Source: an uncultured Candidatus Saccharibacteria bacterium (GTDB lineage Bacteria > Patescibacteriota > Minisyncoccia > Minisyncoccales > Staskawiczbacteraceae). From it: a stretch of 64,000 bases of DNA. The stretch is taken from contig CAYZNK010000001.1 in the NCBI GenBank assembly GCA_964479955.1, positions 144,091 through 208,090 on the forward strand, written 5' to 3'. This document shows positions 8,573-18,545 of the stretch, one piece after another. Every line of letters starts with the position of its first letter. Positions within the stretch are counted from its first letter, which is position 1. Under the pieces are notes generated by a model. The model did not search any database. It worked only from the letters and a program-made list of their open reading frames with translations, and was not told the origin of the DNA. Made by a program: the position numbers and the translations under genes.

Positions 8573-9496
8573 ATGAAAATTTTAATTACAGGAGGAGCCG
8601 GATTTATAGGCAGCCATGTGGCTGATAAATTAATAGAGAAAAATCACAGTGTGGTTATTGTTGACAATTTGTCCACTGGAAAAAAAGAAAATATAAACCC
8701 AAGAGCAAAATTTTATAAAATAGACATTGGAGATAAAAAAATCTCGGGGATTTTTAAAAAAGAAAAACCTGAAATTGTTTTTCATTTTGCCGCTCAAATT
8801 AATTTAAGGGAATCAGTAAAAAATCCATTAGAAGACGCAAAAATAAATATTCTTGGGGGGTTGAATATTTTGGAGAATTGTAAGAATTTTAATGTTAAAA
8901 AAATTATTTTTTCTTCAACGGGCGGGGCTATTTATGGAGAAGCAGATATTATCCCTACGTCTGAGACCTATCCTGCAGAGCCCCTTTCTCCTTATGGAAT
9001 AGCAAAGTTAGCAACAGAAAAATATTTGAATTATTACAATAGGGTTTTTGGGATTCCGTTTTTGGCCCTAAGATTTGCCAATGTTTACGGTCCTAGGCAG
9101 AATTCCAAAGGAGAGGCCGGAGTAATAGCTATTTTTTGCAGCCAGTTTTTTTTGAATCAACAGCCCGTGATAAACGGAGACGGATTACAGACAAGGGATT
9201 TTGTTTATGTTTCTGATGTTGCAAAGGCGGCATTATTGGCAATGGATTCTAAAAAAACAGGAATTTTAAATGTTGCCACAGCAAAAGAAACAAATATAAA
9301 TGATATTTTTTCAATGATTAAAGAATTAACGGGCTCTGATTTGAAAGAGGCTCATAGGCCTTCTGAAAAGGGAGAACAGCAGAGGAGCTGTCTGGATTAT
9401 TCAAAAATAAATTCAGAATTAAGTTGGATTCCTGAGTATGATTTGCAAAGAGGTCTTAAAGAAACCGTTGAATGGTTTAAAAATAATAAAAAATAA
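8573..9496 (+). CDS. NAD-dependent epimerase/dehydratase (UDP-hexose 4-epimerase-like SDR)
   Basis: TGGAGFIGSH Rossmann motif and a YxxxK (SPYGIAKLATEKY) catalytic motif. Paralog of the gene at 57013. Confidence 0.85.
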   Translation: MKILITGGAGFIGSHVADKLIEKNHSVVIVDNLSTGKKENINPRAKFYKIDIGDKKISGIFKKEKPEIVFHFAAQINLRESVKNPLEDAKINILGGLNILENCKNFNVKKIIFSSTGGAIYGEADIIPTSETYPAEPLSPYGIAKLATEKYLNYYNRVFGIPFLALRFANVYGPRQNSKGEAGVIAIFCSQFFLNQQPVINGDGLQTRDFVYVSDVAKAALLAMDSKKTGILNVATAKETNINDIFSMIKELTGSDLKEAHRPSEKGEQQRSCLDYSKINSELSWIPEYDLQRGLKETVEWFKNNKK

Positions 9497-9498
9497 TT

Positions 9499-10521
9499 AT
9501 GCCAAAGATTATAATAGCAACAGATGCTTGGTTTCCACAGGTCAATGGGGTAGTAAGGTGCATTGACGACCTGATAAAAGGGCTTAAAAAAAAGGAGTTT
9601 GAAATTGTTGTGATACATCCGGGAATGTTTTTTTCTATTCCTTTTATTTTTTATCCCGAAATAAAAATTTCTTTTTTCTGTAAAAATAAAATAAGAAAAA
9701 TTATAAAAAAAGAAAATCCGGATTATATACACATTGTAACAGAAGGACCGATTGGTTTAGCTTGCCGCAGAGTTTGTCTTAAAGAGAAAATAAAGTTTAC
9801 CACTGCAAACCACACAAACTTCCAGACCTATATGAGCTATTATCTGGGGAAGGCCAATTTTTTTTCCGAGCTGGCTTATAAATATCTAAAATGGTTTCAT
9901 AAAGCCGCTTCAAAAACAATGGTAATCACAGAAGGGCTAAAGCAGAATTTGGAAAAACGGGGATTTCTAAATATTACAGTCTGGCCTCTGGGAGTTGATA
10001 CAGAATTTTTTAAAAAAAATGAAAGTTCTGGGGCAAAAGAAAAGTATAAATTAGAATATCCTGTTTTTGTTTATTTTGGCAGGATATCCAAAGAAAAAAA
10101 TGTGGAAGAGTATTTAAAATGCAGGCTTCCGGGGACAAAGCTTGTTATTGGCGACGGGCCTTTAAAAAACAGCCTTGAAAAAAAATATGGAAAAGAAAAT
10201 ATGTTTTTGGGTTATAAAAAAGGGCAAGAATTGATAGATTTATTGTCTGTATGCGATGTTTTTGTTTTGCCTTCATTTACAGACACTTTTCCTTTGGCAA
10301 TCATAGAGGCCTTTTCATGTAAAATTCCGGTTGCCTGCCATGATGTTATGGATTTAAAATATCTTGTTTTAAAAGATGTCGGTGTTTTAGATGAAAATTT
10401 AGAAAAAGCGGCAAATGAATGTCTCGGTCTTTCTAAAGATGCCTGCCGCGAATACGCGCTGAAATTTTCCCTTGAAGAGTCAACTAAAAAATTTATAGAG
10501 AATATTGTAATAACCAGATAA
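9499..10521 (+). CDS. Glycosyltransferase family 4 (SqdX/alpha-mannosyltransferase-like)
   Basis: N-terminal TDAWFPQVNGVV, characteristic of SQD2/SqdX-type GT4 enzymes, plus a C-terminal GT4 EX7E-type region. Confidence 0.75.
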   Translation: MPKIIIATDAWFPQVNGVVRCIDDLIKGLKKKEFEIVVIHPGMFFSIPFIFYPEIKISFFCKNKIRKIIKKENPDYIHIVTEGPIGLACRRVCLKEKIKFTTANHTNFQTYMSYYLGKANFFSELAYKYLKWFHKAASKTMVITEGLKQNLEKRGFLNITVWPLGVDTEFFKKNESSGAKEKYKLEYPVFVYFGRISKEKNVEEYLKCRLPGTKLVIGDGPLKNSLEKKYGKENMFLGYKKGQELIDLLSVCDVFVLPSFTDTFPLAIIEAFSCKIPVACHDVMDLKYLVLKDVGVLDENLEKAANECLGLSKDACREYALKFSLEESTKKFIENIVITR

Positions 10522-10533
10522 ACAAAACATTAT

Positions 10534-11571
10534 ATGAAAAAAGAAATAACTATTTTTTTGTCAATTATTTTAATATTGATTTTAGCTTTTTTTCTGTATT
10601 TTTTTGTGGGATTTAGCAAAGAAAAAGAAGATATAAATTGGGGAATTGATTTTTCCCAGATGCAGGCAGAGGCTTTAAAATTAAATTGGAAGGAGGTTTA
10701 TTTGGGAGCCATTGAAGATTTAGGGGCAAAAAAAATAAAATTACATACGCAGTGGGATTGGGTTGAGGGAAAAAATGACGGTTATTATTTTGACGATATT
10801 GACTGGCAGATAAAGACAGCAGAGAACAGGGGCATAGAAATCATCTATGTTTTAGGGATGAAAACAGGCAGATGGCCGGAATGCCACGCTCCGGAATTCA
10901 CGAAAATACTTTCAAGGGAAGAACAGCAGGAGGAGCTTTTGGAATATATAGAAAAAGTTGTTTTAAGATATAAAGACAGCAAAGCCATTGCTTATTGGCA
11001 GGTTGAAAATGAACCGCTGTTTGAATTTGGTGAATGCCCGGCGTGGTATTATGAAGACAACGGAAAGTTTTTAGAGAAAGAAGTGGAGCTTGTAAAATCA
11101 CTTGACCCAGAAAGGCAGATAATTATTTCTGATTCAGGAGAGCTTTCATGGTGGACAAAAGCGGCAAAGATTGGAGATATAGTGGGTTCTACAATGTATA
11201 GAAAAGCATGGGTTAATGTAAATAACAATTTTGGGTTTTCAGGCGGTTTTTATCCTAAATTTTACGGAACATATCCCTTACCCCCTGTTTTTTATTCAAG
11301 AAAGGCTGCAATCATTAAAGCATTATTTGGTAAAAAGGTTATATGTGTTGAACTGCAGGCAGAGCCGTGGGCCGAAAAGCCGTTTTATGATGTGCCTTTA
11401 GATGAACAAGAAAAAACAATGAATCTGGAGAAGTTTAAAGAAAACGTGGAATATGCGAAAAAAACCGGATTTGATACTTTTTACTTATGGGGCGCAGAGT
11501 GGTGGTATTGGATGAAAACAGTTCAGAACCAGCCCCAAATTTGGCAGGAAGCCAAAAAGTTGTTTCAGTAG
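10534..11571 (+). CDS. Membrane-anchored putative glycoside hydrolase (clan GH-A TIM barrel, GH5-like)
   Basis: N-terminal TM helix. WQVENEP (the NEP acid/base motif of clan GH-A) and a downstream ELQAEPW. Confidence 0.5.
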   Translation: MKKEITIFLSIILILILAFFLYFFVGFSKEKEDINWGIDFSQMQAEALKLNWKEVYLGAIEDLGAKKIKLHTQWDWVEGKNDGYYFDDIDWQIKTAENRGIEIIYVLGMKTGRWPECHAPEFTKILSREEQQEELLEYIEKVVLRYKDSKAIAYWQVENEPLFEFGECPAWYYEDNGKFLEKEVELVKSLDPERQIIISDSGELSWWTKAAKIGDIVGSTMYRKAWVNVNNNFGFSGGFYPKFYGTYPLPPVFYSRKAAIIKALFGKKVICVELQAEPWAEKPFYDVPLDEQEKTMNLEKFKENVEYAKKTGFDTFYLWGAEWWYWMKTVQNQPQIWQEAKKLFQ

Positions 11572-11610
11572 ATTACCTATACTGATATTTAAAAATAATT
11601 TTAAAAAAAT

Positions 11611-12921
11611 ATGTACGAATCGCCAAATATTAATTTTACAAAAATAAAAAACAAAGTTTTAAAAAACCTGCGGAGCAAGATTTTTTTAAATGGTTTTTAT
11701 TTTATTTTGATTGTAGTTGTAATAATTATCTTATCGTTTGCAATGCTGATAAGATATTTCCCAAAAGAAGCTGAAATGCTGTCAGAATCTTTAAAATTTC
11801 CGCAAATAGAACGGGAGAATAATAAAGCAGTCGAAAATCTGTTAGAAGAACCAGAAAGCTATGAATCAAAAATTTCTTATGAGCAGGCAATTATAGATGT
11901 TGTAAAGAATTCAAGCCAATCGGTTGTAAGCATTGTGATTTCCAAAAATTTGCCTATTTATGAACAAGAATGGGTTAATCCATTTGGGGATGATTCATTT
12001 TTTGACATACAAATACCTCAATATGTGCAAAAAGGAACAGAATATCAGGAAGTAGGGTCTGGCTCCGGATTTGTTGTTTCGTCTGATGGATTGATTTTAA
12101 CAAACAAGCACGTTGTTTCTGATAAGGACGCAGATTACACGGTTATAACGAACGGCGAAGAAAAATATTCTGCCAAAGTTTTGGCAACAGATCCTGTTCA
12201 GGATTTGGCAATAATAAAAATAGAAGACGCCGGAGGAAAAATTTTTAGTCCTTTAAGACTGGGAGATTCTTCTGGCATACAAATAGGGCAAACAGTAATT
12301 GCCATAGGTAATGCGCTAGGGGAGTTTGGCAACACGGTTTCAGTGGGAGTTGTTTCCGGCCTTGGAAGAACAATTTTAGCTTCTGATAAAACAGGGTCAG
12401 TGTCTGAAACATTGGAAGACATTATACAAACCGATGCGGCCATAAATTCCGGCAACTCAGGAGGCCCTTTGCTTAACTTAAAAGGCGAGGTAATTGGGAT
12501 AAGTACAGCAATGGCTGAACAGGCAGAGAATATTGCTTTTGCTATTCCCATCAATTATGCAAAAAGGGATATAGAGCAATCAATTACCACCAGTAAAATC
12601 ATATATCCTTTTTTGGGGGTCAGATATATTTTAGTGACAGAGGAAGTAAAAAAAGAATATGATTTGGGTGTTAATTACGGAGCTCTTATTTCAAAGGGTC
12701 CTGATGGACAGGCGGCTGTGACAAAAGGTTCTGCGGCAGAATCAGCCGGACTTAAAGAAAACGATATTATACTGGAAATAAACGGTCAAAAAATTAATCA
12801 AAGCAACACCCTGTCCAAAATAATACAAAAATATAATGCAGGAGATACGGTAAATTTAAAAATTTTAAGAAACGGCCAGGATTTTAATGTGGATGCAACG
12901 CTTGGGGAGAGAGCAGATTGA
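11611..12921 (+). CDS. htrA: HtrA/DegP-family serine protease with PDZ domain
   Basis: Trypsin-like fold with GSGSGFVV...TNKHVV (His), TDAAINSGNSGGPLLN (Ser), a C-terminal PDZ and an N-terminal TM anchor. Confidence 0.9.
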   Translation: MYESPNINFTKIKNKVLKNLRSKIFLNGFYFILIVVVIIILSFAMLIRYFPKEAEMLSESLKFPQIERENNKAVENLLEEPESYESKISYEQAIIDVVKNSSQSVVSIVISKNLPIYEQEWVNPFGDDSFFDIQIPQYVQKGTEYQEVGSGSGFVVSSDGLILTNKHVVSDKDADYTVITNGEEKYSAKVLATDPVQDLAIIKIEDAGGKIFSPLRLGDSSGIQIGQTVIAIGNALGEFGNTVSVGVVSGLGRTILASDKTGSVSETLEDIIQTDAAINSGNSGGPLLNLKGEVIGISTAMAEQAENIAFAIPINYAKRDIEQSITTSKIIYPFLGVRYILVTEEVKKEYDLGVNYGALISKGPDGQAAVTKGSAAESAGLKENDIILEINGQKINQSNTLSKIIQKYNAGDTVNLKILRNGQDFNVDATLGERAD

Positions 12922-13139
12922 CATTTATTTTTATTTTGCTAATATAAATTTAAGAACATGAAAAATCAAATTAACCTCACAACAAACTTTTGGTTTTATT
13001 TTAGCCCCTTTGAGAAAGAGGTTTATTTGAGCATTCCAATCTAATAAGAAACCAAAAAAGAAAATTCAAATAAGCCCCTTTCCAAAAGGAGCTTTTTTGT
13101 TCATTGCCAATTTAAGGAAACAAGAAAAAGGAGAAAACA

Positions 13140-13403
13140 GTGGTTATTTTTATGCAAGATGCAAATATGGATAAAGCTGGAGATGTGGCAAGAAAATTTA
13201 CCAGCAGAGGAATGGATGTTCTTGCAAAAAACGGAGATGGTAGAATCGTTTTGGCTGTAATAGGGCTTGGGGCAGACAGAACAAAACTATCTGAGATTGA
13301 TAAAATGCCCGGTGTTGAAAGATGCGAAAGGAAGAACAATTTTTTTACTGATAATCACGGAGACTTTAAGGACGCTTGTTTTTTCTTTAGGTGGGGATAC
13401 TAA
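13140..13403 (+). CDS. Hypothetical small protein (about 85 aa) with canonical SD, inside the foreign-looking island
   Basis: AAGGAGA SD 5 nt before a GTG/ATG start. The ORF is followed by stable hairpins. No recognisable domain. Confidence 0.3.
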   Translation: MVIFMQDANMDKAGDVARKFTSRGMDVLAKNGDGRIVLAVIGLGADRTKLSEIDKMPGVERCERKNNFFTDNHGDFKDACFFFRWGY

Positions 13404-13426
13404 TTTCCTGCCAAGCAAAGTTTTTT

Positions 13427-13471
13427 GCGGGAGCTTTTGCCCCGCTTTTTTATTGCAATAAAAAAGCGGGC
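13427..13471. terminator. Tandem hairpins including a perfect palindrome (cccgcttttttatt/aataaaaaagcggg); possible bidirectional terminator
   Basis: GC-clamped, AU-rich palindromic stem at 13441-13470 preceded by gcggg/cccgc. It lies between convergent small ORFs. Confidence 0.4.
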
Positions 13472-13519
13472 TTTCGTGATGTAAAAGTCCGCTATTGGTT
13501 TTTGCCTAGTTCAGGCCTG

Positions 13520-13699
13520 CTAAACGGTCATCATCTTAAAGCGATGACGGCGCCCTCCGGGACCCATCATAGGTCCACTTTGCGGGGAACTGGTAATTCT
13601 GATATTGGGCCGAGGGTCTTTGGTCCTGGGTTTTGCCGCACGCGTGGTCTTGCTCTTCTCTTTCATACGTTCCAGAATACGTTTGACCCTCTCTTCCAT
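13520..13699 (-). CDS. Hypothetical 59-aa protein encoded in a GC-rich (about 50%) segment, with strong SD
   Basis: AAGGAGA SD 5 nt upstream of an ATG (MEERVKRILERMKEK...GPMMGPGGRRHRFKMMTV). Composition is strongly atypical for this genome. No known domain recognised. Confidence 0.35.
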   Translation of the reverse strand: MEERVKRILERMKEKSKTTRAAKPRTKDPRPNIRITSSPQSGPMMGPGGRRHRFKMMTV

Positions 13700-13799
13700 A
13701 CCATTCTCCTTTGCAAATGCCAAGTCCTTCCAGACTCCTTCTTTCAAACCACCTCCAAGATGGCCTGAAAAAAAGACGGGACTTTGGCGCAAAATATAT

Positions 13800-14057
13800 T
13801 TATTCCACTCTGAACTCAAACGGCAACGGCCTTTGCGACAAAACAAAAATCCATTTTCCTTTTATATCCCTTACTATAGATTTGTAGTAATAGGTTTTGT
13901 AAGTCCTGAAATTTATCTCTCGGGTTTCGTAACGTAATTTGTATCTGCCTTTGGGCAGGCAATTAGCATCAATACCTATACCCAGCAATATGCAGATTTT
14001 TGTGTAGAGTCGCAACAGTTCTGTTAACATGGTCAGCCTTTCTTTGTTCTGGTTCAA
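13800..14057 (-). pseudogene. Possible DDE-transposase remnant (IS4/IS5-like fragment)
   Basis: An 85-aa ORF, LGIGIDANCLPKG, resembles the first catalytic-Asp region (IDxT) of IS4/IS5-family transposases. It is truncated and has no partner ORF. Confidence 0.25.
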
Positions 14058-14232
14058 AATTCGTTCCCTATAATTTATCTTATCATATTATTGTATTTAT
14101 GTCAATAGTATGGCGAAAGTTGGGCGCAATAATGCTAATTTCCACCATTGGCAATTTATTCTTAAAACTTGATTTTTACTAAATTTTGGGTTATAAATAA
14201 TGAAAACTTAAAAATAAATATAAATTTAAACA

Positions 14233-16938
14233 ATGAACGGAGGAGCAAATTTTACAAATAAAGCCCAGGATGCAATAATGCAGGCTCAGCAATTTGCGCA
14301 GGAAAAATCCCAGCAGCAAATTGATGCCTTACATTTGCTGCTTTCTTTGATTTTGCAGGAAGGGAGTATTGTATCTGTAATATTGCAAAAATTGGGAGTT
14401 GACACAGAAAGCCTTAGAAAAAAGGTTGAACTTCAAATTACAAAAATTCCAATAGTCTCAACTCCGCAGACATTTGGGCAGTTTTACCTTACACAGGATA
14501 TGGCAAAAGTTTTGGAAAGGGCGCGCCAAGAATCAATAAAAATGAATGATGAATTTATTTCCGTTGAGCATTTGTTTTTGGCTTTACTGGATACAAAATC
14601 GGTTGCAAAAGATATTTTAGAAAAAGTGCAGTTTTTTGCAGCAGAAGGGGCAAACAGCTTTAAATCTTCCAAGCTTGATTATGAAACTGTTCTAAAAATT
14701 TTATCGCAAATCAGGGGAGGCCAAAGAATCACTGACCCGGAGCCCGAATCAAAATACCAGGTGATTGAAAAATATACAAGAAATCTGACTGATTTGGCAG
14801 CCGCAGGAAAAATTGACCCGATAATCGGCAGGGATAATGAAATAAGAAGACTGATGCAGATAATTTCTCGCAGGACAAAAAATAATCCTGTTTTAATAGG
14901 AGAAGCCGGAGTTGGAAAAACCGCTATTGTTGAAGGTTTTGCCCAAAGAATTGCAAAAGGAAATGTGCCGGAGTTTTTAAGAAACAAAGAAATTATTTCA
15001 TTGGATTTGGGGGCTATGATAGCTGGCACAAAGTACAGGGGAGAATTTGAAACAAGAATGAAGGCTCTTTTAAAAGAGCTGGCAAGGTCTGCTGGCAAAT
15101 ATATTTTGTTTATTGATGAGCTGCACACTTTGGTTGGAGCAGGGGCCGCTGAAGGAGCTATTGACGCTTCAAATCTTTTAAAGCCGGCATTGGCCAGGGG
15201 AGAGCTTAGGGCTGTTGGAGCTACAACTTTAAAAGAATATCAAAAATACATTGAAAAAGACCCGGCTTTGGAAAGAAGGTTTCAGCCCATTTATGTGCAG
15301 GAGCCCAATGTTGACGACGCAACAGCAATTTTAAGAGGAATAAAAGAAAAATACGAAGTCCATCATGGAGTAAGGATAAAAGACTCTGCAATAAAAGCCG
15401 CGGTTGATTTGGCAAACAGATATATTTCTGACAGGTTTTTGCCAGACAAGGCAGTTGACTTGATGGATGAGGCAGCCTCTGCGTTAAGGCTTGAGATTGA
15501 GTCTGACCCCCAGGAGCTTGAAAAATATGATGAAGAAATTACAAAACTTGAAATTGAAAAGCAGGCTTTGAAAAAAGAAAAAGGCTCTGAAAGGAGGTTA
15601 AAATCAATTGCGCGGGAATTGGCGGATTTAAAAGAAAAATCAAAGGGATTAAGGGCAAAGTGGTCTGCTGAAAAAGACCTTATAAACAAAATAAAAGAAA
15701 CAAGGCAAAAGCTGGATGAGCTGTCTTATCAGACTGAAATTGCGCAGAGAGATGCAAATTTAGAAAAGGTTGCCGAGATAAAATATGGAAAGATTCCCGA
15801 ATTGTTAAAAGAGCAAAAAACAGCTGAACAAAAATTGGTTAAGCTTCAGCAAACCCATCATTTTCTGAAAGAAGAAGTAACTGAAGAGGATGTTGCAAAA
15901 GTTGTTTCAAGGTGGACAGGAATTCCGGTTACAAGGCTTATTACAGAAGAGGCAAAGAAATTGGAGACAATGGAGGCTGTTTTGAATAAAAGGGTAATTG
16001 GGCAGCAAGAGGCTATTTCAGCTATTTCAAGGGCAATCAGAAGGGCAAGAGCCGGAATTTCAGAAGAAAATAAGCCACTGGGGTCGTTTTTATTTTTGGG
16101 ACCAACCGGAGTTGGAAAAACAGAAACAGCAAGAGCTTTGGCAGAATTTTTATTCAACGATGAAAAGGCAATGATAAGGCTGGATATGTCAGAGTATATG
16201 GAGCGCCACACTGTTTCAAAAATTATTGGTTCTCCCCCGGGCTATGTTGGATATGAAGAAGCCGGCCAGCTTACAGAAAAAGTAAGGCGCAGGCCGTATT
16301 CCGTGCTTTTGCTAGATGAGATTGAAAAAGCTCATCCAGATGTTTTTAACATTTTACTGCAAATTTTTGAAGACGGCAGGCTTACGGATTCCAAAGGCAG
16401 AATGGTTTCTTTCAAAAATACAATAATCATAATGACTTCAAATACGGGCTCTGACTACATCAACAAAATGTCTGCAATTGGATTCAGCAACAAAGAAGAT
16501 GTGGCTGAAAGGGAATCAATGCGCGACAAAATTTTTGACGCGTTAAAAGAGTCTTTTAGGCCCGAATTCTTAAACAGAATTGATGAGATTGTAATTTTCA
16601 ATTATCTGAAAAAAGAAGAAATCAAAAAAATTGTTGATTTGGAATTGTCAAAAGTTGAGAAAAGATTACAGGCAAAGGAAATTAAAATACAAATTTCTGA
16701 AAAAGCCAAAGAACTTTTGATTAAAGAGGGATTTGACCCCAGCTTGGGGGCCCGCCCGTTAAAGAGAATAATCCAAAAGCTGATTTTAGATCCGTTGTCT
16801 GTTAAAATTGTAGCAGGAGAAATTTTTGAGGGGAGCAGGGTTTTGATTGACGAAGAAAACGGAAAAATTATTTTTGAAATTCCAAAGCCATTGCCAAAAC
16901 CCAAAAAATCTCCAAAGCTGTTAAAAGCTAAAAAATAA
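14233..16938 (+). CDS. clpB: ATP-dependent chaperone ClpB (two AAA+ modules plus M-domain coiled coil)
   Basis: Clp_N repeats, two Walker A motifs ([16 protein letters not shown]), a long coiled-coil middle domain and ClpB sensor motifs. 901 aa. Confidence 0.95.
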   Translation: MNGGANFTNKAQDAIMQAQQFAQEKSQQQIDALHLLLSLILQEGSIVSVILQKLGVDTESLRKKVELQITKIPIVSTPQTFGQFYLTQDMAKVLERARQESIKMNDEFISVEHLFLALLDTKSVAKDILEKVQFFAAEGANSFKSSKLDYETVLKILSQIRGGQRITDPEPESKYQVIEKYTRNLTDLAAAGKIDPIIGRDNEIRRLMQIISRRTKNNPVLIGEAGVGKTAIVEGFAQRIAKGNVPEFLRNKEIISLDLGAMIAGTKYRGEFETRMKALLKELARSAGKYILFIDELHTLVGAGAAEGAIDASNLLKPALARGELRAVGATTLKEYQKYIEKDPALERRFQPIYVQEPNVDDATAILRGIKEKYEVHHGVRIKDSAIKAAVDLANRYISDRFLPDKAVDLMDEAASALRLEIESDPQELEKYDEEITKLEIEKQALKKEKGSERRLKSIARELADLKEKSKGLRAKWSAEKDLINKIKETRQKLDELSYQTEIAQRDANLEKVAEIKYGKIPELLKEQKTAEQKLVKLQQTHHFLKEEVTEEDVAKVVSRWTGIPVTRLITEEAKKLETMEAVLNKRVIGQQEAISAISRAIRRARAGISEENKPLGSFLFLGPTGVGKTETARALAEFLFNDEKAMIRLDMSEYMERHTVSKIIGSPPGYVGYEEAGQLTEKVRRRPYSVLLLDEIEKAHPDVFNILLQIFEDGRLTDSKGRMVSFKNTIIIMTSNTGSDYINKMSAIGFSNKEDVAERESMRDKIFDALKESFRPEFLNRIDEIVIFNYLKKEEIKKIVDLELSKVEKRLQAKEIKIQISEKAKELLIKEGFDPSLGARPLKRIIQKLILDPLSVKIVAGEIFEGSRVLIDEENGKIIFEIPKPLPKPKKSPKLLKAKK

Positions 16939-16956
16939 TGCAATAGCTATAATATA

Positions 16957-17001
16957 AAACTGCCCCTGTGTTTTGCATTGGGGCAGTTTTATTATTTTTT
17001 T
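16957..17001. terminator. Bidirectional rho-independent terminator shared by clpB (+) and the pilin gene (-)
   Basis: Perfect stem aaaactgcccc/ggggcagtttt with a 12-nt loop. A T-run follows on the plus strand and an A-run (T-run on the minus strand) precedes it. Confidence 0.7.
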
Positions 17002-17006
17002 AAATA

Positions 17007-17408
17007 TCAGTTGCAGCTTGAAATGGTTTGTATGCACTGGGTTTCATTTATTTCTTTTCTTATTCCGTTATAGTCAACGCACCAAGCTTTTGAGCTGTTT
17101 TGATGAAGCTTTGCGCAAGCAGTCCAAGCCCCGCCTGTGTGACGGCAGTATTTTTTATCAGAATCAAGGCCATTAATAACCTTTTGGACATCGCTGGTAT
17201 TGCAGAAAGACCCAAAAGAGTCATGAGTCTGGGCATAGTCTGTTCCAATTGAAATTAAAAAGTTCAACTCTTCTTTTATCCTAACGTCTTTGCTTTTGGA
17301 GGTTTGGTCTAAGATATAATACAAGACAACTGAAACTAAAACAGCTATTGTGCCGATTGATATGACAATCTCTATTAGTGTGAACCCTTTTGTTTTTTTA
17401 TTTTTCAT
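17007..17408 (-). CDS. Type IV pilin / pseudopilin (prepilin with class III signal peptide)
   Basis: MKNKKTKGFTLIEIVISIG: a KG/FTLIE prepilin peptidase site with Glu+5 and a hydrophobic N-terminal helix. Cys-rich C-terminal region. Confidence 0.85.
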   Translation of the reverse strand: MKNKKTKGFTLIEIVISIGTIAVLVSVVLYYILDQTSKSKDVRIKEELNFLISIGTDYAQTHDSFGSFCNTSDVQKVINGLDSDKKYCRHTGGAWTACAKLHQNSSKAWCVDYNGIRKEINETQCIQTISSCN

Positions 17409-17677
17409 ATTATTTCATTTTACCACAAAAAAACATTTTTGTTGTTTTTGCCTATCCCACAAATTAAAAAGTCAATTATGAGGTGTCCGATATCCCACAC
17501 AATAGCTGTATTGCAAAACAAAAGCCCCGGCGCATTGCCAAAGGATTTGGAAATGTTAAGTTATTCACAGTCATTGCTTTGTTTTTATGTTTTTTATTCT
17601 TTATAATTAACCAATTGTTGCAACCAAAGCTCAAAAAAGAGCTAAATTTTGGTTTATAAAATATAAAAAATAAAAAC

Positions 17678-17713
17678 TGCTACTGAATTTGCTACTGAGC
17701 AAATTCAGTAGCA
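17678..17713 (+). promoter_or_regulatory. Very stable hairpin (15-bp perfect stem tgctactgaatttgc/gcaaattcagtagca, loop tactga) 9 nt upstream of the ATG of the next gene
   Basis: Exact reverse-complement arms at 17678-17692 and 17699-17713. The stem contains CTACTGA twice. Confidence 0.45.
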
Positions 17714-17721
17714 AAAACTTT

Positions 17722-18540
17722 ATGAAAATTTCAAAAATAGCAGCTGTAATTTTAAAAACCATAATTGTTTTATTTATGGTTTTTTATACGTATGGAGTAT
17801 TTTTTATTATAAAAGACACAAGCCTTTATAATTGGGCAGTTATAACAATTGTTTTTGTATTTTTGCCTGCCCTGTTTTTTATGTTTTTTGATAAAAAATT
17901 TGTCTTAAAGTTTCCCAAATGGAAAACAAGGGTCCTTGTTGCCAAAGCCATATATATCTGCCTTATTGTTTTGCTTATTGTTGCTATGGCCCTAAGGTAT
18001 AATTACAAAACAAAAACAGAAGATGCTTTGGCTAAAATAAACAGCGCTGTTTTGACAATTGATGATGTTATGGGCACAAATTTGCCCCCAAAGCCAATTC
18101 AAGAGCTAAATGACATGACAGTTGCCGGTTTTGATGTAAACAACAATGGCATAAGGGACGATGTTGAGCTTGCAATTTTTGAAAAATATCCTGATTCTGC
18201 AAAAATCAGGGCAGGAATGTTGCAATATGCCCTTGCTTTGCAGTTGGAGCTTACAGAAGTTATTAATTCAGAGACACTTGTGGCAGTTTTACAGAAAAGG
18301 AGTAATGCTAGAATTTGCATAGACAATGCTGGATTAAAAATAAATCTTGAAACTAATCCTGAAGTGGCAAAAGAAGCTATTGATATTACTGAAAAAAGGA
18401 AAGAAGAAGTAGACAATCTTATATTAAACACGGATTTGCGTTCACAAAAACAAACGGATATTTATAATAATTATATGACAACATATTCAACATCTTTTGA
18501 GACAAATTGCGATATTGAATTATCATCTTTATTTAATTAG
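17722..18540 (+). CDS. Hypothetical membrane protein (3-4 N-terminal TM helices, soluble C-terminal domain)
   Basis: ORF with a hydrophobic N-terminus. Start taken at ATG 17722 rather than 17689, which lies inside the hairpin. No recognisable domain. Confidence 0.5.
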   Translation: MKISKIAAVILKTIIVLFMVFYTYGVFFIIKDTSLYNWAVITIVFVFLPALFFMFFDKKFVLKFPKWKTRVLVAKAIYICLIVLLIVAMALRYNYKTKTEDALAKINSAVLTIDDVMGTNLPPKPIQELNDMTVAGFDVNNNGIRDDVELAIFEKYPDSAKIRAGMLQYALALQLELTEVINSETLVAVLQKRSNARICIDNAGLKINLETNPEVAKEAIDITEKRKEEVDNLILNTDLRSQKQTDIYNNYMTTYSTSFETNCDIELSSLFN

Positions 18541-18545
18541 TTAGC

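Noticed and set aside
13390-13860. GC-rich block as RNase P RNA, tmRNA, SRP RNA or a tRNA
   Set aside because: I looked for RNase P CR-I/CR-V, the tmRNA tRNA-like end, the SRP domain IV and a T-loop GTTCGA. Only a partial 'aaagtccg' match was found, so the block is left as a compositional island with a small ORF. A covariance-model scan would still be worthwhile.
14484-16943. Several 60-150-aa minus-strand ORFs inside clpB
   Set aside because: They are antisense to a 901-aa, highly conserved ClpB and are low-complexity translations, so they are spurious.
17689-17721. ORF-track start codon for the membrane protein
   Set aside because: It falls inside the 15-bp perfect hairpin. The ATG at 17722 directly follows the hairpin and is the more plausible start.
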